Part shown: piece after piece, positions 36,051 through 46,052 of the stretch | How the letters are laid out: every line of letters begins with the position of its first letter | Position numbering within the stretch: the stretch's first letter is position 1 | IMG/VR virus record: IMGVR_UViG_3300031993_000014 | Coordinates: 114,987 to 178,986 of that record | DNA length: 64,000 nt | Origin: a virus | Lineage: Duplodnaviria; Heunggongvirae; Uroviricota; Caudoviricetes | Strand: one strand, 5' to 3' | Position numbers and translations under genes: made by a program | Notes under the pieces: model-generated | The model's database searches: none | Seen by the model: the letters and a program-made list of their open reading frames with translations, nothing else | What the model was told of the DNA's origin: nothing

Positions 36051-36578
36051 CTAGAGAACGACACATTCACTAACATTGGTGACATGGCGTTTCCTGCCGT
36101 TGGGTAGATGACAGTATCCGCTAACGTGATACTGGTCATCGATTTTACCCACAAATTTATAACCGTCTTTCTCGGCTACATATTCATCGCATCCCTTCTG
36201 AAAGAAGAAATTTTCTCTACAGCCATAATCAGCCGTGGAGATTAATTCAATCAGATTATCTGCCGAGAAGCTGTTCTCACGAATTTTTGCAAACCCGTAA
36301 GTTAATTCTACCTTCCCGTTAGATAGGACTTCAACCTTGTCTACATGACGGCATACAATACCGTCATAAGACTTGGTCTTTCGCATCGGTACGCCATTGA
36401 TGCGAATATTGAGGGTCTTATATACCACGCCCTCTTCCTGACGACAGCTCATGCTATCAGCGGTAATATTGGGTACCACCTCCAAGACTTCATGATCGCA
36501 GGATCTAAAGTCGTAGCATCCTTCTCCTGCCTGAAGTAATGCCGCCATAGCGAGAATGAATAAAAGAATTTTCTTCAT
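36051..36578 (-). CDS. secreted Cys-containing protein with N-terminal signal peptide
   Basis: MKKILLFILAMAALLQAGEG signal peptide, then a mature protein with six or more Cys. Confidence 0.65.
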   Translation of the reverse strand: MKKILLFILAMAALLQAGEGCYDFRSCDHEVLEVVPNITADSMSCRQEEGVVYKTLNIRINGVPMRKTKSYDGIVCRHVDKVEVLSNGKVELTYGFAKIRENSFSADNLIELISTADYGCRENFFFQKGCDEYVAEKDGYKFVGKIDDQYHVSGYCHLPNGRKRHVTNVSECVVL

Positions 36579-36758
36579 CCTGTTGTTTTTGATGCTAGTA
36601 ACGGAATTGTCACTAGGATGTGTCTCCTAATTATCACACCATCGTTTAATATAATGTTAGACCCATTCTAAAATACGCTGCAATTTTTTTCTGTAAGTTT
36701 AAATAAAATAAAAAAAAAATAAAATATAAAAACTAAGCCTTAACTATAGGAGAATCAA

Positions 36759-37073
36759 ATGTTACTAGAACTCAAAGCATCCCAAGCCAGACTAATCTCA
36801 GATACCAGCTTCTACAGATATGGAAAGACTCCGCATAGAGCTACTGTTCTTACAATGGCTATCGCTTTCATTAGCGCAAAGATTTTCGAGCATGCTTCTA
36901 AGAAAGAGAAAGTATACTCTATTGAGCTGCCTAGGCTTTACATCTTAGAAGAAAATCTCGAAAAGGAAGAACGTGAAGAAATGGTAAAAGAGCTTAAAGC
37001 ATACTTTACAACCCTCGGTTACATGGTTACCGAAGATACAAATGGTTTTACATATTTCCACTGGGAATTGTAG
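36759..37073 (+). CDS. hypothetical protein, 104 aa
   Basis: RBS TAGGAG. Preceded by an extremely A-rich tract at 36690-36740. Confidence 0.55.
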   Translation: MLLELKASQARLISDTSFYRYGKTPHRATVLTMAIAFISAKIFEHASKKEKVYSIELPRLYILEENLEKEEREEMVKELKAYFTTLGYMVTEDTNGFTYFHWEL

Positions 37074-37124
37074 GATCATAGAAAAATATAAGAGGAGCGA
37101 CTGTGTGTCGCTCTTCTTTTTTTT

Positions 37125-37550
37125 TTATTCTGCAATGAGATCGTGGTCTGTGTTCTCCGATAGAACATTGGGCAGATCTCTCGTAACTTTGTACAAGAAG
37201 TTGAATCTCTTGCTGTACTCGAACAAGTCATCATCCGATGGGATATCATCCGGATTATCCCCACGGTCTTTTAATCTTGCTTTGCTCTTAGGCGTAGTAC
37301 AAAAGAGAATCACAAACATCGTATCACTAGCAGCTTTTACCTTTTCTCTGAACGCTTCGGCAAATGCCTGAAGCCTGTCAGGATTGTTAGCATCTTCTAA
37401 CGAGATATAATTTTCGTCACTTACCTGGTCTGTGTACAATCCTTCGTCAATGATCGTACAATCAGGAAACATTTTCTTTAACATTTCAGCTCGGAAGGTC
37501 TTTCCAGTACCGGGAATACCGTCCAACTCTATCTTCTTAATTTGTTCCAT
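37125..37550 (-). CDS. P-loop nucleoside/nucleotide kinase-like protein
   Basis: Walker A GIPGTGKT near the N-terminus. 141 aa, typical of dNMP or nucleoside kinases. Confidence 0.65.
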   Translation of the reverse strand: MEQIKKIELDGIPGTGKTFRAEMLKKMFPDCTIIDEGLYTDQVSDENYISLEDANNPDRLQAFAEAFREKVKAASDTMFVILFCTTPKSKARLKDRGDNPDDIPSDDDLFEYSKRFNFLYKVTRDLPNVLSENTDHDLIAE

Positions 37551-37637
37551 GTGTCTCCTTGGATAGAAGCTTATCTTAATATATGACTGTATATTAATCT
37601 ATGCTTTAACCATAAATTTTTAAATCAAGGAGGTTTA

Positions 37638-38252
37638 ATGGCTGAAGAAAAAGTAGAAATCACTCTAGACAACATTGACAAAATCGTTGATGACCGTATT
37701 AACGAATGCTATGCAAAAGCTGAAGCTGGATCAGCCTTTGTTGCCAAACAGAGAGAAGAAATAGCAAAACGTTCTTTTGCAGTGGAGATCCCGAAGGAAG
37801 AACCCAAAGAAGAACCTAAGCCCAAACCGAAGGTTGTAGAACAGCCGAAGGTGGTTAATAGACGCAGCTATGAAGAGATATTTAAGAAGATCGCTACTAG
37901 CTTTGGCTTTAAAGTCCGTAAAGAAGAAGACGGCTTAGTCTCTGCTTACGACGATACATTCTACTTTATAGCAGGCGATGGTTCTAAACGAAAGCTTGAA
38001 CGAATTGCCGCACAACTTGGACATAACGGTCTAACCACTTGCTGTACCAGATTCGTCTCCGATCCAGAAGGTAAGATGATTATAGACAGATGTCCGAGAC
38101 CAGTCGGCAATACATTGTTCGATCTTGACAAAGAGGAAGAAGCCTTAAAGGAAACTTTCGCAAAGCTCACTCTATCTCGTAAGAACGCTCTCTTAGGGTT
38201 TAAAGCTCCTAGAGAACGGAGTTCGCATGGTAGAATGGGCTGGTCTGGCTAA
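37638..38252 (+). CDS. hypothetical protein, 204 aa
   Basis: RBS AAGGAGG. Lys/Glu-rich middle region. Confidence 0.6.
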   Translation: MAEEKVEITLDNIDKIVDDRINECYAKAEAGSAFVAKQREEIAKRSFAVEIPKEEPKEEPKPKPKVVEQPKVVNRRSYEEIFKKIATSFGFKVRKEEDGLVSAYDDTFYFIAGDGSKRKLERIAAQLGHNGLTTCCTRFVSDPEGKMIIDRCPRPVGNTLFDLDKEEEALKETFAKLTLSRKNALLGFKAPRERSSHGRMGWSG

Positions 38253-38346
38253 TAACTTTATGGAATGATATTATTCTATGAATCCGGGGATAGTGTCATT
38301 CTTTTAACCACAAACGGATTCAACAATCACAACAAAAGGAAACCTA

Positions 38347-40077
38347 ATGGAACTTACTCCAATGCTTATTGTAGGACTGGCAGTTGCTGCGCTCGTCTTG
38401 CTTCTTTTAATTATCTTCCTGGCTGGATATGTTAAGGCTCCGCCTAACACGGCTTTTGTCATCTCTGGTATCCGCAAGGAACCGCGATTCCTCGTTGGTC
38501 GTGCTGGCTTGTGCATCCCGTTCCTTGAACAGAAAAACTCTCTTACTTTGTCTGTTGTTACGATCGACGTTAATACAACGGAAGCTATTCCCACAGCCGA
38601 CTGTATTAAGGTTCAGGTTGACGCTAATGTGAACGTCCAAGTTGACACAGAAGAAGATGTTGAAGAAGACAAACGCAAGGGATACATGAAACTTGCTGCT
38701 AAGAACTTCCTAGATCTTAGTAACGATGACATTATCAAGATCGTTCAACCTGTCCTCGAAGGTAACATCCGCGAAATTGTTGGTAAGATGAAGCTTAAGG
38801 ATATGATTGGAGATCGCCAACAGTTCGCTAAGCTCGTATCCGACAATGTTGCTCCAGATCTTCATAACATGGGTCTGAAGCTCGTATCTTTCAATGTTCA
38901 GAATTTCCGCGACGACGTGAAGGGAAACGGTACAAGTATCATTGATGATCTCGGTGCTGATAATACTGAAGCTATCCGTAAGACTGCTCAGATTGCACGC
39001 GCAAATGCTACTCGCGATATCGCTATTGCAAAAGCTGCTGCAACGAATGAAGCCAACGAAGCTGAAGTTAAAGCAAATACCATTATCGCCGAACGCAACA
39101 ACGCTCTCGAAATCAAGCAATCTGACCTTAAGAAAGCTGCTGATACCCAGAAGGCAGTTGCTGCTAAAGCATACGAAATCGAAATTGCCAAACAGCAGAA
39201 GACGATTAACATTATCAACGCTGAAGCAGAAACTGCAAAGCAGGAAAAACTCATCGACGTCCGTAAGAAAGAAGTAGATGTTACGGAACAGGAACTCGAA
39301 GCTAAGGTTACGAAACCTGCCGATGCAGCTAAGAAGGCCAATATCATCAAGGCTGAAGGTATTGCACAGGCTCGGATCATCGAAGCCGAAGCCAATAAGA
39401 AGACTGCAACTATCAACGCCGAAGCTGACTTGATTGCTAAACAGAAATATGCCGATGCCGAAAAGTACAAGGCTGAAACCGCTGCTGCTGCTGAACTTAC
39501 ACAGAAGCAGAAGACCGCAGATGCTGAACGCTATAACAAGGAACAAGAAGCAGAAGCTCTTAAGGCTACTGCTGCTGCCGAACTTGTCAAACAACAGAAG
39601 GAATCTGAAGCTAAACAATACGATCAGACTTGCCAAGCCGAAGGTATCAAAGCTCTTGCAGCTGCTAATTTGGAATCTGCCCAAGCTGAAGCTAAGGGTA
39701 TCGAAGCCAAGGGTACGGCTGAAGGTGCTGCTATTGCTGCTAAGGGTCTTGCAGAAGCAGAAGCCAAGGACAAGTTGGCAGATGCCCTCAAGAAATATGG
39801 CGAGGCAGCATTGCAAGATATGAACCTTGCAGCTGTCAAGGAACTCATTCACGTATTGCCGGATATCGCTGGCAATGTAGCAAAGCCGCTCGCTGGCGTG
39901 AAGGAAATGAAGCTCTACGGCGAGGGCAACATTTCTCAGATGACTGGCGATATCACGAAGTCTATGATGAAAGTCATCGACGGTGTTCAGGACGCAACTG
40001 GTCTCAATGTAGGAAACTTCCTCAACAGCTTCCTCGGAGCCAAGGCTGCCCAGATCACTGCCGATAAGAAAGAATAA
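38347..40077 (+). CDS. flotillin/SPFH (band-7) family membrane protein
   Basis: N-terminal TM helix LIVGLAVAALVLLLLIIFLAGYV, SPFH core (NTAFVISGIRKEPRFLVGRAGLCIPFLE...), then a ~300-aa Ala/Glu/Lys-repeat coiled-coil flotillin tail. The 459-aa minus-strand ORF over the same region is judged antisense. Confidence 0.85.
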   Translation: MELTPMLIVGLAVAALVLLLLIIFLAGYVKAPPNTAFVISGIRKEPRFLVGRAGLCIPFLEQKNSLTLSVVTIDVNTTEAIPTADCIKVQVDANVNVQVDTEEDVEEDKRKGYMKLAAKNFLDLSNDDIIKIVQPVLEGNIREIVGKMKLKDMIGDRQQFAKLVSDNVAPDLHNMGLKLVSFNVQNFRDDVKGNGTSIIDDLGADNTEAIRKTAQIARANATRDIAIAKAAATNEANEAEVKANTIIAERNNALEIKQSDLKKAADTQKAVAAKAYEIEIAKQQKTINIINAEAETAKQEKLIDVRKKEVDVTEQELEAKVTKPADAAKKANIIKAEGIAQARIIEAEANKKTATINAEADLIAKQKYADAEKYKAETAAAAELTQKQKTADAERYNKEQEAEALKATAAAELVKQQKESEAKQYDQTCQAEGIKALAAANLESAQAEAKGIEAKGTAEGAAIAAKGLAEAEAKDKLADALKKYGEAALQDMNLAAVKELIHVLPDIAGNVAKPLAGVKEMKLYGEGNISQMTGDITKSMMKVIDGVQDATGLNVGNFLNSFLGAKAAQITADKKE

Positions 40078-40170
40078 TTCATTCACCACCTAAACATCAA
40101 GTGTCAGAGCAATCTGGCACTTTCTTTTTTGTATATTAAAGAAGGCCATCTTTAACAATAGGAGACAACA

Positions 40171-40653
40171 ATGGCTAAGAAATACGAAGACTTTACGTAT
40201 ACTAATAAGCAAGAAGCTGTCAGAAGGGAAATTGAGAAGTGCGACTCAAAGTCCACCGGGTTGCAGGTTATTAAAGTATCCGAATCTAGCAAGGAAGTCA
40301 AGAAGCTCCTCGACGAATACACGTGTGAACTCGCCAAGACCGAAGCATGGAAGGAAGTTACAGATAGCTACCAGTATAAGCGTGCTGTAGAAACAAGCTT
40401 CCGTTGCATCCGTAGCAAGATTAGCATGGATCCGCTGAAGACATCCGAAGAATATATGGTATGGAACTTCTTGTACAGGTACGCAATGGTTGTCCGCGAC
40501 AGACTGTACAATATGAAGCTCCTGTGTCCTGAACTCGTAATCACACAGCTTGACAAGATTGGCGGTGGTTTCTATGATCCGGATATCCGTACGCTCACCA
40601 GTATTATCAATGAAACTGATCGCGAAAGAAGATCGATGGAAAGCTATGTCTGA
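40171..40653 (+). CDS. hypothetical protein, 160 aa
   Basis: RBS AGGAG before the ATG. Confidence 0.6.
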   Translation: MAKKYEDFTYTNKQEAVRREIEKCDSKSTGLQVIKVSESSKEVKKLLDEYTCELAKTEAWKEVTDSYQYKRAVETSFRCIRSKISMDPLKTSEEYMVWNFLYRYAMVVRDRLYNMKLLCPELVITQLDKIGGGFYDPDIRTLTSIINETDRERRSMESYV

Positions 40654-41158
40654 CGAAATTAATAGACCTCCTTTTACACAACACCCGCTTCATGGCTTCA
40701 TCATGGGTCTTGAACAGAGACGCTGTTATGATGCTAAGGAAGTGGACGACTACATTACAAAACTCCAAGATACAATTGCTGGACAGAAGACCGTTCATGA
40801 TTGTTATCGTATGACGATGGATATGGCGATGACAAACTATCTTTTCCAGATTGACAAGCAAAGACAGGCTCTCTTCAGGAAGAGATTAGAAGCGGCAGAA
40901 TGGCAAGTGAGATACTGGTCTCTATTGTCTACTAAAGAGACGGATATCTATTACGATGTGAGAAACCGTAGAGTTTCAACTTCACGGAATAAACTCAGGC
41001 CAAGTGCATGGGTTCATATCTGGCTTACGGTAAAACATAAGCTCGAAGCCTATATAGAAACATTCAATGCTCCGATAGAACTACGGCTGAATAAGATTAT
41101 TTCGCCGGAAATGTTTAAGACTCTTTGGAAGCTTAGGGAACAATGTTTGAAAGGTTAA
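40647..41158 (+). CDS. hypothetical protein, ~170 aa
   Basis: ATGTCTGA overlap with the previous stop (MSDEINRPP...). The track start at 40550 is rejected. Confidence 0.55.
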
Positions 41159-41349
41159 GACAGCTTTTTACTAAGAAGAATTCTCCATGCCGTCATAAGT
41201 GGGTTGCCTGTCATGATCCGTACAAACCAGAGCTAGGTATACATTACCGATGTTCTAAATGCGGCGAAAGACGGGAATCCATGTTTGAAGGACAGGAGAA
41301 TGGAAGCTTTTACTCATTAGATCATTACATGATTCACAGAGGAAGATAA
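41143..41349 (+). CDS. small Cys/His zinc-ribbon-like protein, 68 aa
   Basis: CRHKW...CHD...CSKCG pattern. Confidence 0.5.
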   Translation: MFERLRQLFTKKNSPCRHKWVACHDPYKPELGIHYRCSKCGERRESMFEGQENGSFYSLDHYMIHRGR

Positions 41350-41351
41350 CT

Positions 41352-41921
41352 ATGGGGCTATTCTCTTTTATATTCGGTAAACCAAAGACTAAAGAAGAAC
41401 CAAAGAAAACAGCCTTTGAGCCAAGAGTAAAGACCGACTACTTTACCACAAGGACTGTTAGAGCAGATTGCCAGAACTGTTGTCATAGACGTTCCGTTAC
41501 TGGAAGCTTCTTCGAGTGCGATAAGGGATTCCCTGAAGAATGTCTTGCACCCGAGCCTAAGAGCCCAAGGTCATGCCGAGAGATTGGAAGGGTTACGACA
41601 ACCCTTACCTTTGACGAGCGTAACTTTGATGAGGAAATCACTATCCCGTGCCTCTTAGCTTGTAGACTCGAAGAAGAATTGAAGCCGTATGAATGGTGTC
41701 AACATATTAAAGAAGACATTGACGTCATACTTTATGATAGAGAAGTCATCTTTAAGGTGATGATTTATTTGGCTTCGGAAACAGTTTATGACGGCGGTGA
41801 TTACGGTATATTCATGGCTGATGTTGCAGAGAAGATAAAGAGAGACAAAGATCTCATGCGATACATCGGCAAGAAGTACGGTACAGCTAAAAAACCATTT
41901 TACCTTGAAGAAGAGGAGTAA
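41352..41921 (+). CDS. hypothetical Cys-rich protein, 189 aa
   Basis: RBS GAGGAAG. Contains CQNCCH...C...C. Confidence 0.6.
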   Translation: MGLFSFIFGKPKTKEEPKKTAFEPRVKTDYFTTRTVRADCQNCCHRRSVTGSFFECDKGFPEECLAPEPKSPRSCREIGRVTTTLTFDERNFDEEITIPCLLACRLEEELKPYEWCQHIKEDIDVILYDREVIFKVMIYLASETVYDGGDYGIFMADVAEKIKRDKDLMRYIGKKYGTAKKPFYLEEEE

Positions 41922-41924
41922 ATC

Positions 41925-42500
41925 ATGGCAGAAGAACTTGACATGGAAGAAGTTCTTACAGTAGAACGTCTTTCAAGATTCATTGATATGAAAGGCTTAT
42001 CAGAGGAGTGCAACGAATTCTGCATTAATCTGTATAAGAAAGACTTGAAGAAAGCCGCTGCCGTTCCAGTGGGTGACAGATTCTTCGCTTGGGAAGGATG
42101 CTACTCTAAGAGAGCATATGAACTCGCAGGAGAAGACTTCGACCGTGGCGGTGACTTTGGCTACATTTGTGCTAATCAAGAATTCTTCCCGTTTGGGTTT
42201 ATCGACCCGAGTTCCAAGGATACTAAGCCCGAGGAACTTGAAGGCGAATTCATGACTATCGACGATATGACTAAGATCAATCCGGCTATTACCGTTGATT
42301 CTGTCTTCGAACAGTATAGAGCAATTCGCGATGGAGAATATACTCCCGGTGATGGGAGATATAACTTCAGCGATTTTGGATTCTCCGAAAGGGATGAGCC
42401 TACTGATGACCAGATGAAGGCATGGCTTGCTCAGCTTAAGTTCGAGAAGCTTACGGATGAAAGAATCCTGAAACTTGGCCCAGAAGACTTCTTTGGTTAG
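41925..42500 (+). CDS. hypothetical protein, 191 aa
   Basis: RBS GAGGAG. Confidence 0.6.
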   Translation: MAEELDMEEVLTVERLSRFIDMKGLSEECNEFCINLYKKDLKKAAAVPVGDRFFAWEGCYSKRAYELAGEDFDRGGDFGYICANQEFFPFGFIDPSSKDTKPEELEGEFMTIDDMTKINPAITVDSVFEQYRAIRDGEYTPGDGRYNFSDFGFSERDEPTDDQMKAWLAQLKFEKLTDERILKLGPEDFFG

Positions 42501-42507
42501 GTTGCTC

Positions 42508-42858
42508 ATGAATCTAATTATCAGCGTAAGTGCTGCTAATGTCTTCGGTTTGGTTACGGAGATCATGCAGAAGATATCGCATGACCATATGATCAATCTC
42601 AAGTACTTTTCTAACAAGCCAAATCCGAACGGAGGTTATATTCTCGAATTCGAGGATATCGACCGTGGAGAAGGCCCTGTCACTGTAGAGTACTCTAATG
42701 TAGAAGACTTTGCTCGGAACTTTGCCGAAGCGTATAATGACATGACGAAATACTCTGATGGTTTTGAGCTTGTAACAGAAGTAATAGGACTGTTGGCTAC
42801 AACAGTAAAAGAAGCGGAAAAGAGCGAGGTTACTCATGGAGATAAGAATAAAGCTTAA
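42508..42858 (+). CDS. hypothetical protein; start uncertain
   Basis: Internal ATG chosen to avoid overlap with the previous gene. Confidence 0.45.
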   Translation: MNLIISVSAANVFGLVTEIMQKISHDHMINLKYFSNKPNPNGGYILEFEDIDRGEGPVTVEYSNVEDFARNFAEAYNDMTKYSDGFELVTEVIGLLATTVKEAEKSEVTHGDKNKA

Positions 42859-43177
42859 CCTTGATAGTCTTCAGGATCTCGTTAATGAAGCCTTAAAAAT
42901 CATGGCTGGTTATGGGCGTATCAGCGGTTTTTCAAATATAAGGAACGATGATGGTCATTATACCGCGAGACTATTATCTCCTTATGGCCCTGCCGATACT
43001 ATTTGCTATAGCAATATCTTTGAATTCATCGATGGATGCAATTTTAATGGGCTCGGGATGGACGCCAAGGATGCTGTTGTAAGAGCCATTTTAGAACATG
43101 CTCACAGAGACGATATTCTAGATGAAGAAGATGCCTTCTATAAAGGCGCAAAAATAGAAAAGACTTTGTGTCTCTAA
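42836..43177 (+). CDS. hypothetical protein, 113 aa
   Basis: RBS GAGGT. Confidence 0.55.
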   Translation: MEIRIKLNLDSLQDLVNEALKIMAGYGRISGFSNIRNDDGHYTARLLSPYGPADTICYSNIFEFIDGCNFNGLGMDAKDAVVRAILEHAHRDDILDEEDAFYKGAKIEKTLCL

Positions 43178-43278
43178 GTAATAATGGTATCTGAAAGGAT
43201 ACCATTTCTTTTTTTGCGAATTTTGTATGACGAATTGTATATTAAAGTATGTTCATATTAACCATAAGGAGGTACAAA

Positions 43279-43566
43279 ATGAACAAAAATATCTTGCAGT
43301 TATGGATGCAGGACAACTTTACTCCACCTGTCGGAGTGCTCGATGAGTACTACGATAAACAGAAGGAAAAGACGGATATTATGCTTCGTTTTAAAGGCTG
43401 GCTCCCATTCTTTCTCTTCGATGAAATCCGTATAGATTCCGGACGTATTCCAAAAGACATTCCGCATGTCGAAGACAGGATTTCGATATGGAAAAATATC
43501 GAGATTTTAAGAAAGTATTACGGACTAGAACCTCTTCCAAGGATAGAGGTACCATCATGTCTTTGA
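43279..43566 (+). CDS. hypothetical protein, ~95 aa
   Basis: ATG with AAGGAGG RBS (MNKNILQLW...). Confidence 0.55.
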   Translation: MNKNILQLWMQDNFTPPVGVLDEYYDKQKEKTDIMLRFKGWLPFFLFDEIRIDSGRIPKDIPHVEDRISIWKNIEILRKYYGLEPLPRIEVPSCL

Positions 43567-43880
43567 AAATAGATCTCTACAATCGTGACGGCTGGTGTGG
43601 AAGAGCTGACAACATTTCATGCGCAGATGACTGGGCAGAAAACGCCAGTGGTAAAGTCTACACTACAACTCTGACGGAAAATGGATCTGCTGTAGGTCTT
43701 CCCAAGCTATGGGGATCATCGTTTTATAATCTGGGTGCCATCGAGTCCTATTGGGTTCATTCCAAGACTCGCGGTGACATCCTTAGAAGCGAATTGAAGA
43801 AAGACGAAGAGTTCGAGCCTGTGACCATTCCGGAAGGTTACAGGAAGGACTACGAACGTCGTCTCGAAGACGATGATTAA
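43557..43880 (+). CDS. hypothetical protein, ~107 aa
   Basis: ATG overlapping the previous stop (MSLKIDLYN...). Confidence 0.5.
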   Translation: MSLKIDLYNRDGWCGRADNISCADDWAENASGKVYTTTLTENGSAVGLPKLWGSSFYNLGAIESYWVHSKTRGDILRSELKKDEEFEPVTIPEGYRKDYERRLEDDD

Positions 43881-43883
43881 AGA

Positions 43884-43918
43884 ATAAGCCCAGTGACAGT
43901 GGGCTTTCTTTTTTCTAG
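43884..43918 (+). terminator. rho-independent terminator
   Basis: aagccca-gtgacag-tgggctt followed by TCTTTTTTCT. Confidence 0.75.
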
Positions 43919-43969
43919 TATATTATAAAAAAGAAAAATAAACCTTAAAAACCAAGGAGAACAAGACTG

Positions 43970-45202
43970 TTGGAAACGCTGTTGAAATTATTGACCGAAA
44001 GATCCGTGAAAAGACTAGCTCTAAGTGATCTCGATAAGACCATAGTCGATTTCATTGAAAGTAGTACGAATATCAGGGGAGACCTGAGCTTTGAACTTCA
44101 AGAAATCGACTTTAGGGTTCCACATTTTAATGTGGAGAATCTCTCTGTGTTTGGCAATCAAGATCATACTCGTTTTGATAGTATGATACGCCAGCATGGG
44201 ACTATCTATACCTCAATGTTCGGACAGTTCGTTAGAGAATCCGGTGCCTCTGGTTGTCTATGGCAATTTGACAGAATCGATATGACTAGCGAAGCTGTCA
44301 GAGAGGCTACCAAAGAATTCGGACACAAGGAATTTGATGGAACCATTGAAATTGACAGAAGTGGCAGAGAAGAAGCCTTCGACAGAGTACTCAAGGCATG
44401 TCACTATAGAGAGATGGATTTCGGCATCAAAGTATACTTCAAGAGCAGTATAGGCTTAAGAAGCACTATCAATGGGAGCTTCGATGCAGAATCTTATTAC
44501 GAAGCTGTTTTGTCGAACATCAAGTTCGTTAACAGAATGAAAAAAGTGGGTTACGATAGAGCTATAGTAACCCTCAGACATATAAGATACTGTCTGGAAA
44601 AGCCGCCTTCATGTTTAGAGAAGATGGCTATGTTTCCTGCTGGATTCCAGACCGAAAACGCATATCGCGATGACATTAAGTTTACGGCTTGGCAACTTCA
44701 AGTACTGTATTGGATATTGCAGGATCCCAATAACTTCTATATAACCGGAGACGGCTCTCACTACTTTACAGTACATAACAGGCGTCTGGAGGCCAAGATG
44801 ACAAAGGACGAAGTCATGATACAAACCGTTGGTAACTCCTTCAAGAGTCTGACCAATGTCTTGCATGAAGTGAACTTTCCGGGTATCTCTGAAGAAGAGA
44901 TGGGTGTATTTAATGCTATCTATAATCCAGAATACAATCAGACAGAGTTAAATGTCGACAGGGATGCTGCGATCATCGATGGTATTGATACAACAATAGA
45001 AGCTCTTGAGAAGACTATGGTCACATTGAAGATGGCCCAGAGTATGAATCGAGAGACGCTCGAAAAGTATCGTTATGATGTATCGGCAGTTATCTACGAA
45101 AAGATAAAGAACGATCCGATGACTTACAGTGTACAATCAAATAACGAAACCATCAAGAAATTAGCTAACAGTCTACTTTCCAAAATCGAAGAGGAAGAAT
45201 AA
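43970..45202 (+). CDS. hypothetical protein, 410 aa (TTG start 10 nt after AAGGAG)
   Basis: Long ORF. The track start is TTG; the true start could be a downstream ATG. Confidence 0.6.
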   Translation: METLLKLLTERSVKRLALSDLDKTIVDFIESSTNIRGDLSFELQEIDFRVPHFNVENLSVFGNQDHTRFDSMIRQHGTIYTSMFGQFVRESGASGCLWQFDRIDMTSEAVREATKEFGHKEFDGTIEIDRSGREEAFDRVLKACHYREMDFGIKVYFKSSIGLRSTINGSFDAESYYEAVLSNIKFVNRMKKVGYDRAIVTLRHIRYCLEKPPSCLEKMAMFPAGFQTENAYRDDIKFTAWQLQVLYWILQDPNNFYITGDGSHYFTVHNRRLEAKMTKDEVMIQTVGNSFKSLTNVLHEVNFPGISEEEMGVFNAIYNPEYNQTELNVDRDAAIIDGIDTTIEALEKTMVTLKMAQSMNRETLEKYRYDVSAVIYEKIKNDPMTYSVQSNNETIKKLANSLLSKIEEEE

Positions 45203-46029
45203 TGTCTATACCCGAATTGCTTGAAACAAAGACCCATCAAATCATTGACGAAGTCACTAAAGAATTCAAAGACCTGCCATTTGCTGTTTGTACGAAATTT
45301 GTGAATCGCGTCTATTGCAACGAAACATTTGATGGAAAGAAAAAGCCAGTCGAATACGAAGAACTGCCCTTCTCTGTATACGTTGATGGGATATTCACTG
45401 CTGATGGACACCTTATCTACAAAGGTAAGGGTTACAGTGTGCAAGTGGGTGATACTGTCGAAACTGAGACAAGGCGTTTGTTCGGAATCAAAGTCTTGAA
45501 AGAAGGCGAAGACCTTATTCTCCTCTATAACCGCAGGGGAGAAAAGCTTAAGGTTCAACTCGGTAAGGTTGGCAAATTCAACAACACTGAACAATGGGAA
45601 AGCATTATTAATAGCGATCTCTTTAGACGTGTTATGTCCGGAACCATTGCCGACATGATTTACGAGTGCGACAATCTTTACTACTCTTTCAAATCCGAAG
45701 CGTTCATCAATAATGTTGAACGATGGGTTAATCCACCTCAAAATGAGGTTCGTGGCCCTAAAGAATGGAAAGGTCTCTACGGAATTCTGTCATTTTCTGG
45801 CAACAAAATCGGTGTTGTCGGCGAAGGCAATTTCAAGTATGACGAAGCTGTAAACAGCGTCAAGAGGGCTTGTAATTGCGTGACTAAAGCCATTGGAGCC
45901 GAACCAGTCTATGATACAAACAGTTATAAATGCCTTAAGGCAGTAATCGAGTTCGGAAATGAAAGACATACATGGGAAGTTATTCCTATGGAAGTCTTGC
46001 TTAACATTGCCGACGAAAGAAAAGCTTAA
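45202..46029 (+). CDS. hypothetical protein, 275 aa
   Basis: RBS AGAGGAAG. Confidence 0.65.
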   Translation: MSIPELLETKTHQIIDEVTKEFKDLPFAVCTKFVNRVYCNETFDGKKKPVEYEELPFSVYVDGIFTADGHLIYKGKGYSVQVGDTVETETRRLFGIKVLKEGEDLILLYNRRGEKLKVQLGKVGKFNNTEQWESIINSDLFRRVMSGTIADMIYECDNLYYSFKSEAFINNVERWVNPPQNEVRGPKEWKGLYGILSFSGNKIGVVGEGNFKYDEAVNSVKRACNCVTKAIGAEPVYDTNSYKCLKAVIEFGNERHTWEVIPMEVLLNIADERKA

Positions 46030-46052
46030 CTTAACCAACCAAAGGAGAAATA

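Noticed and set aside
38940-39800. Highly repetitive GCT/GAA/AAG stretch (possible repeat array or CRISPR)
   Set aside because: The repeats are in-frame coding for the Ala/Glu/Lys coiled-coil tail of flotillin. There is no spacer-repeat periodicity.
38710-40089. 459-aa minus-strand ORF
   Set aside because: It is antisense to the flotillin gene. Its Phe/Ser/Leu-rich low-complexity sequence reflects the complementary GCT/GAA repeats.
43900-43960. TATAAAA-containing AT-rich tracts as T4-type late promoters (TATAAATA)
   Set aside because: Matches are imperfect and not consistently positioned upstream of genes. They are too weak to call without a genome-wide motif search.
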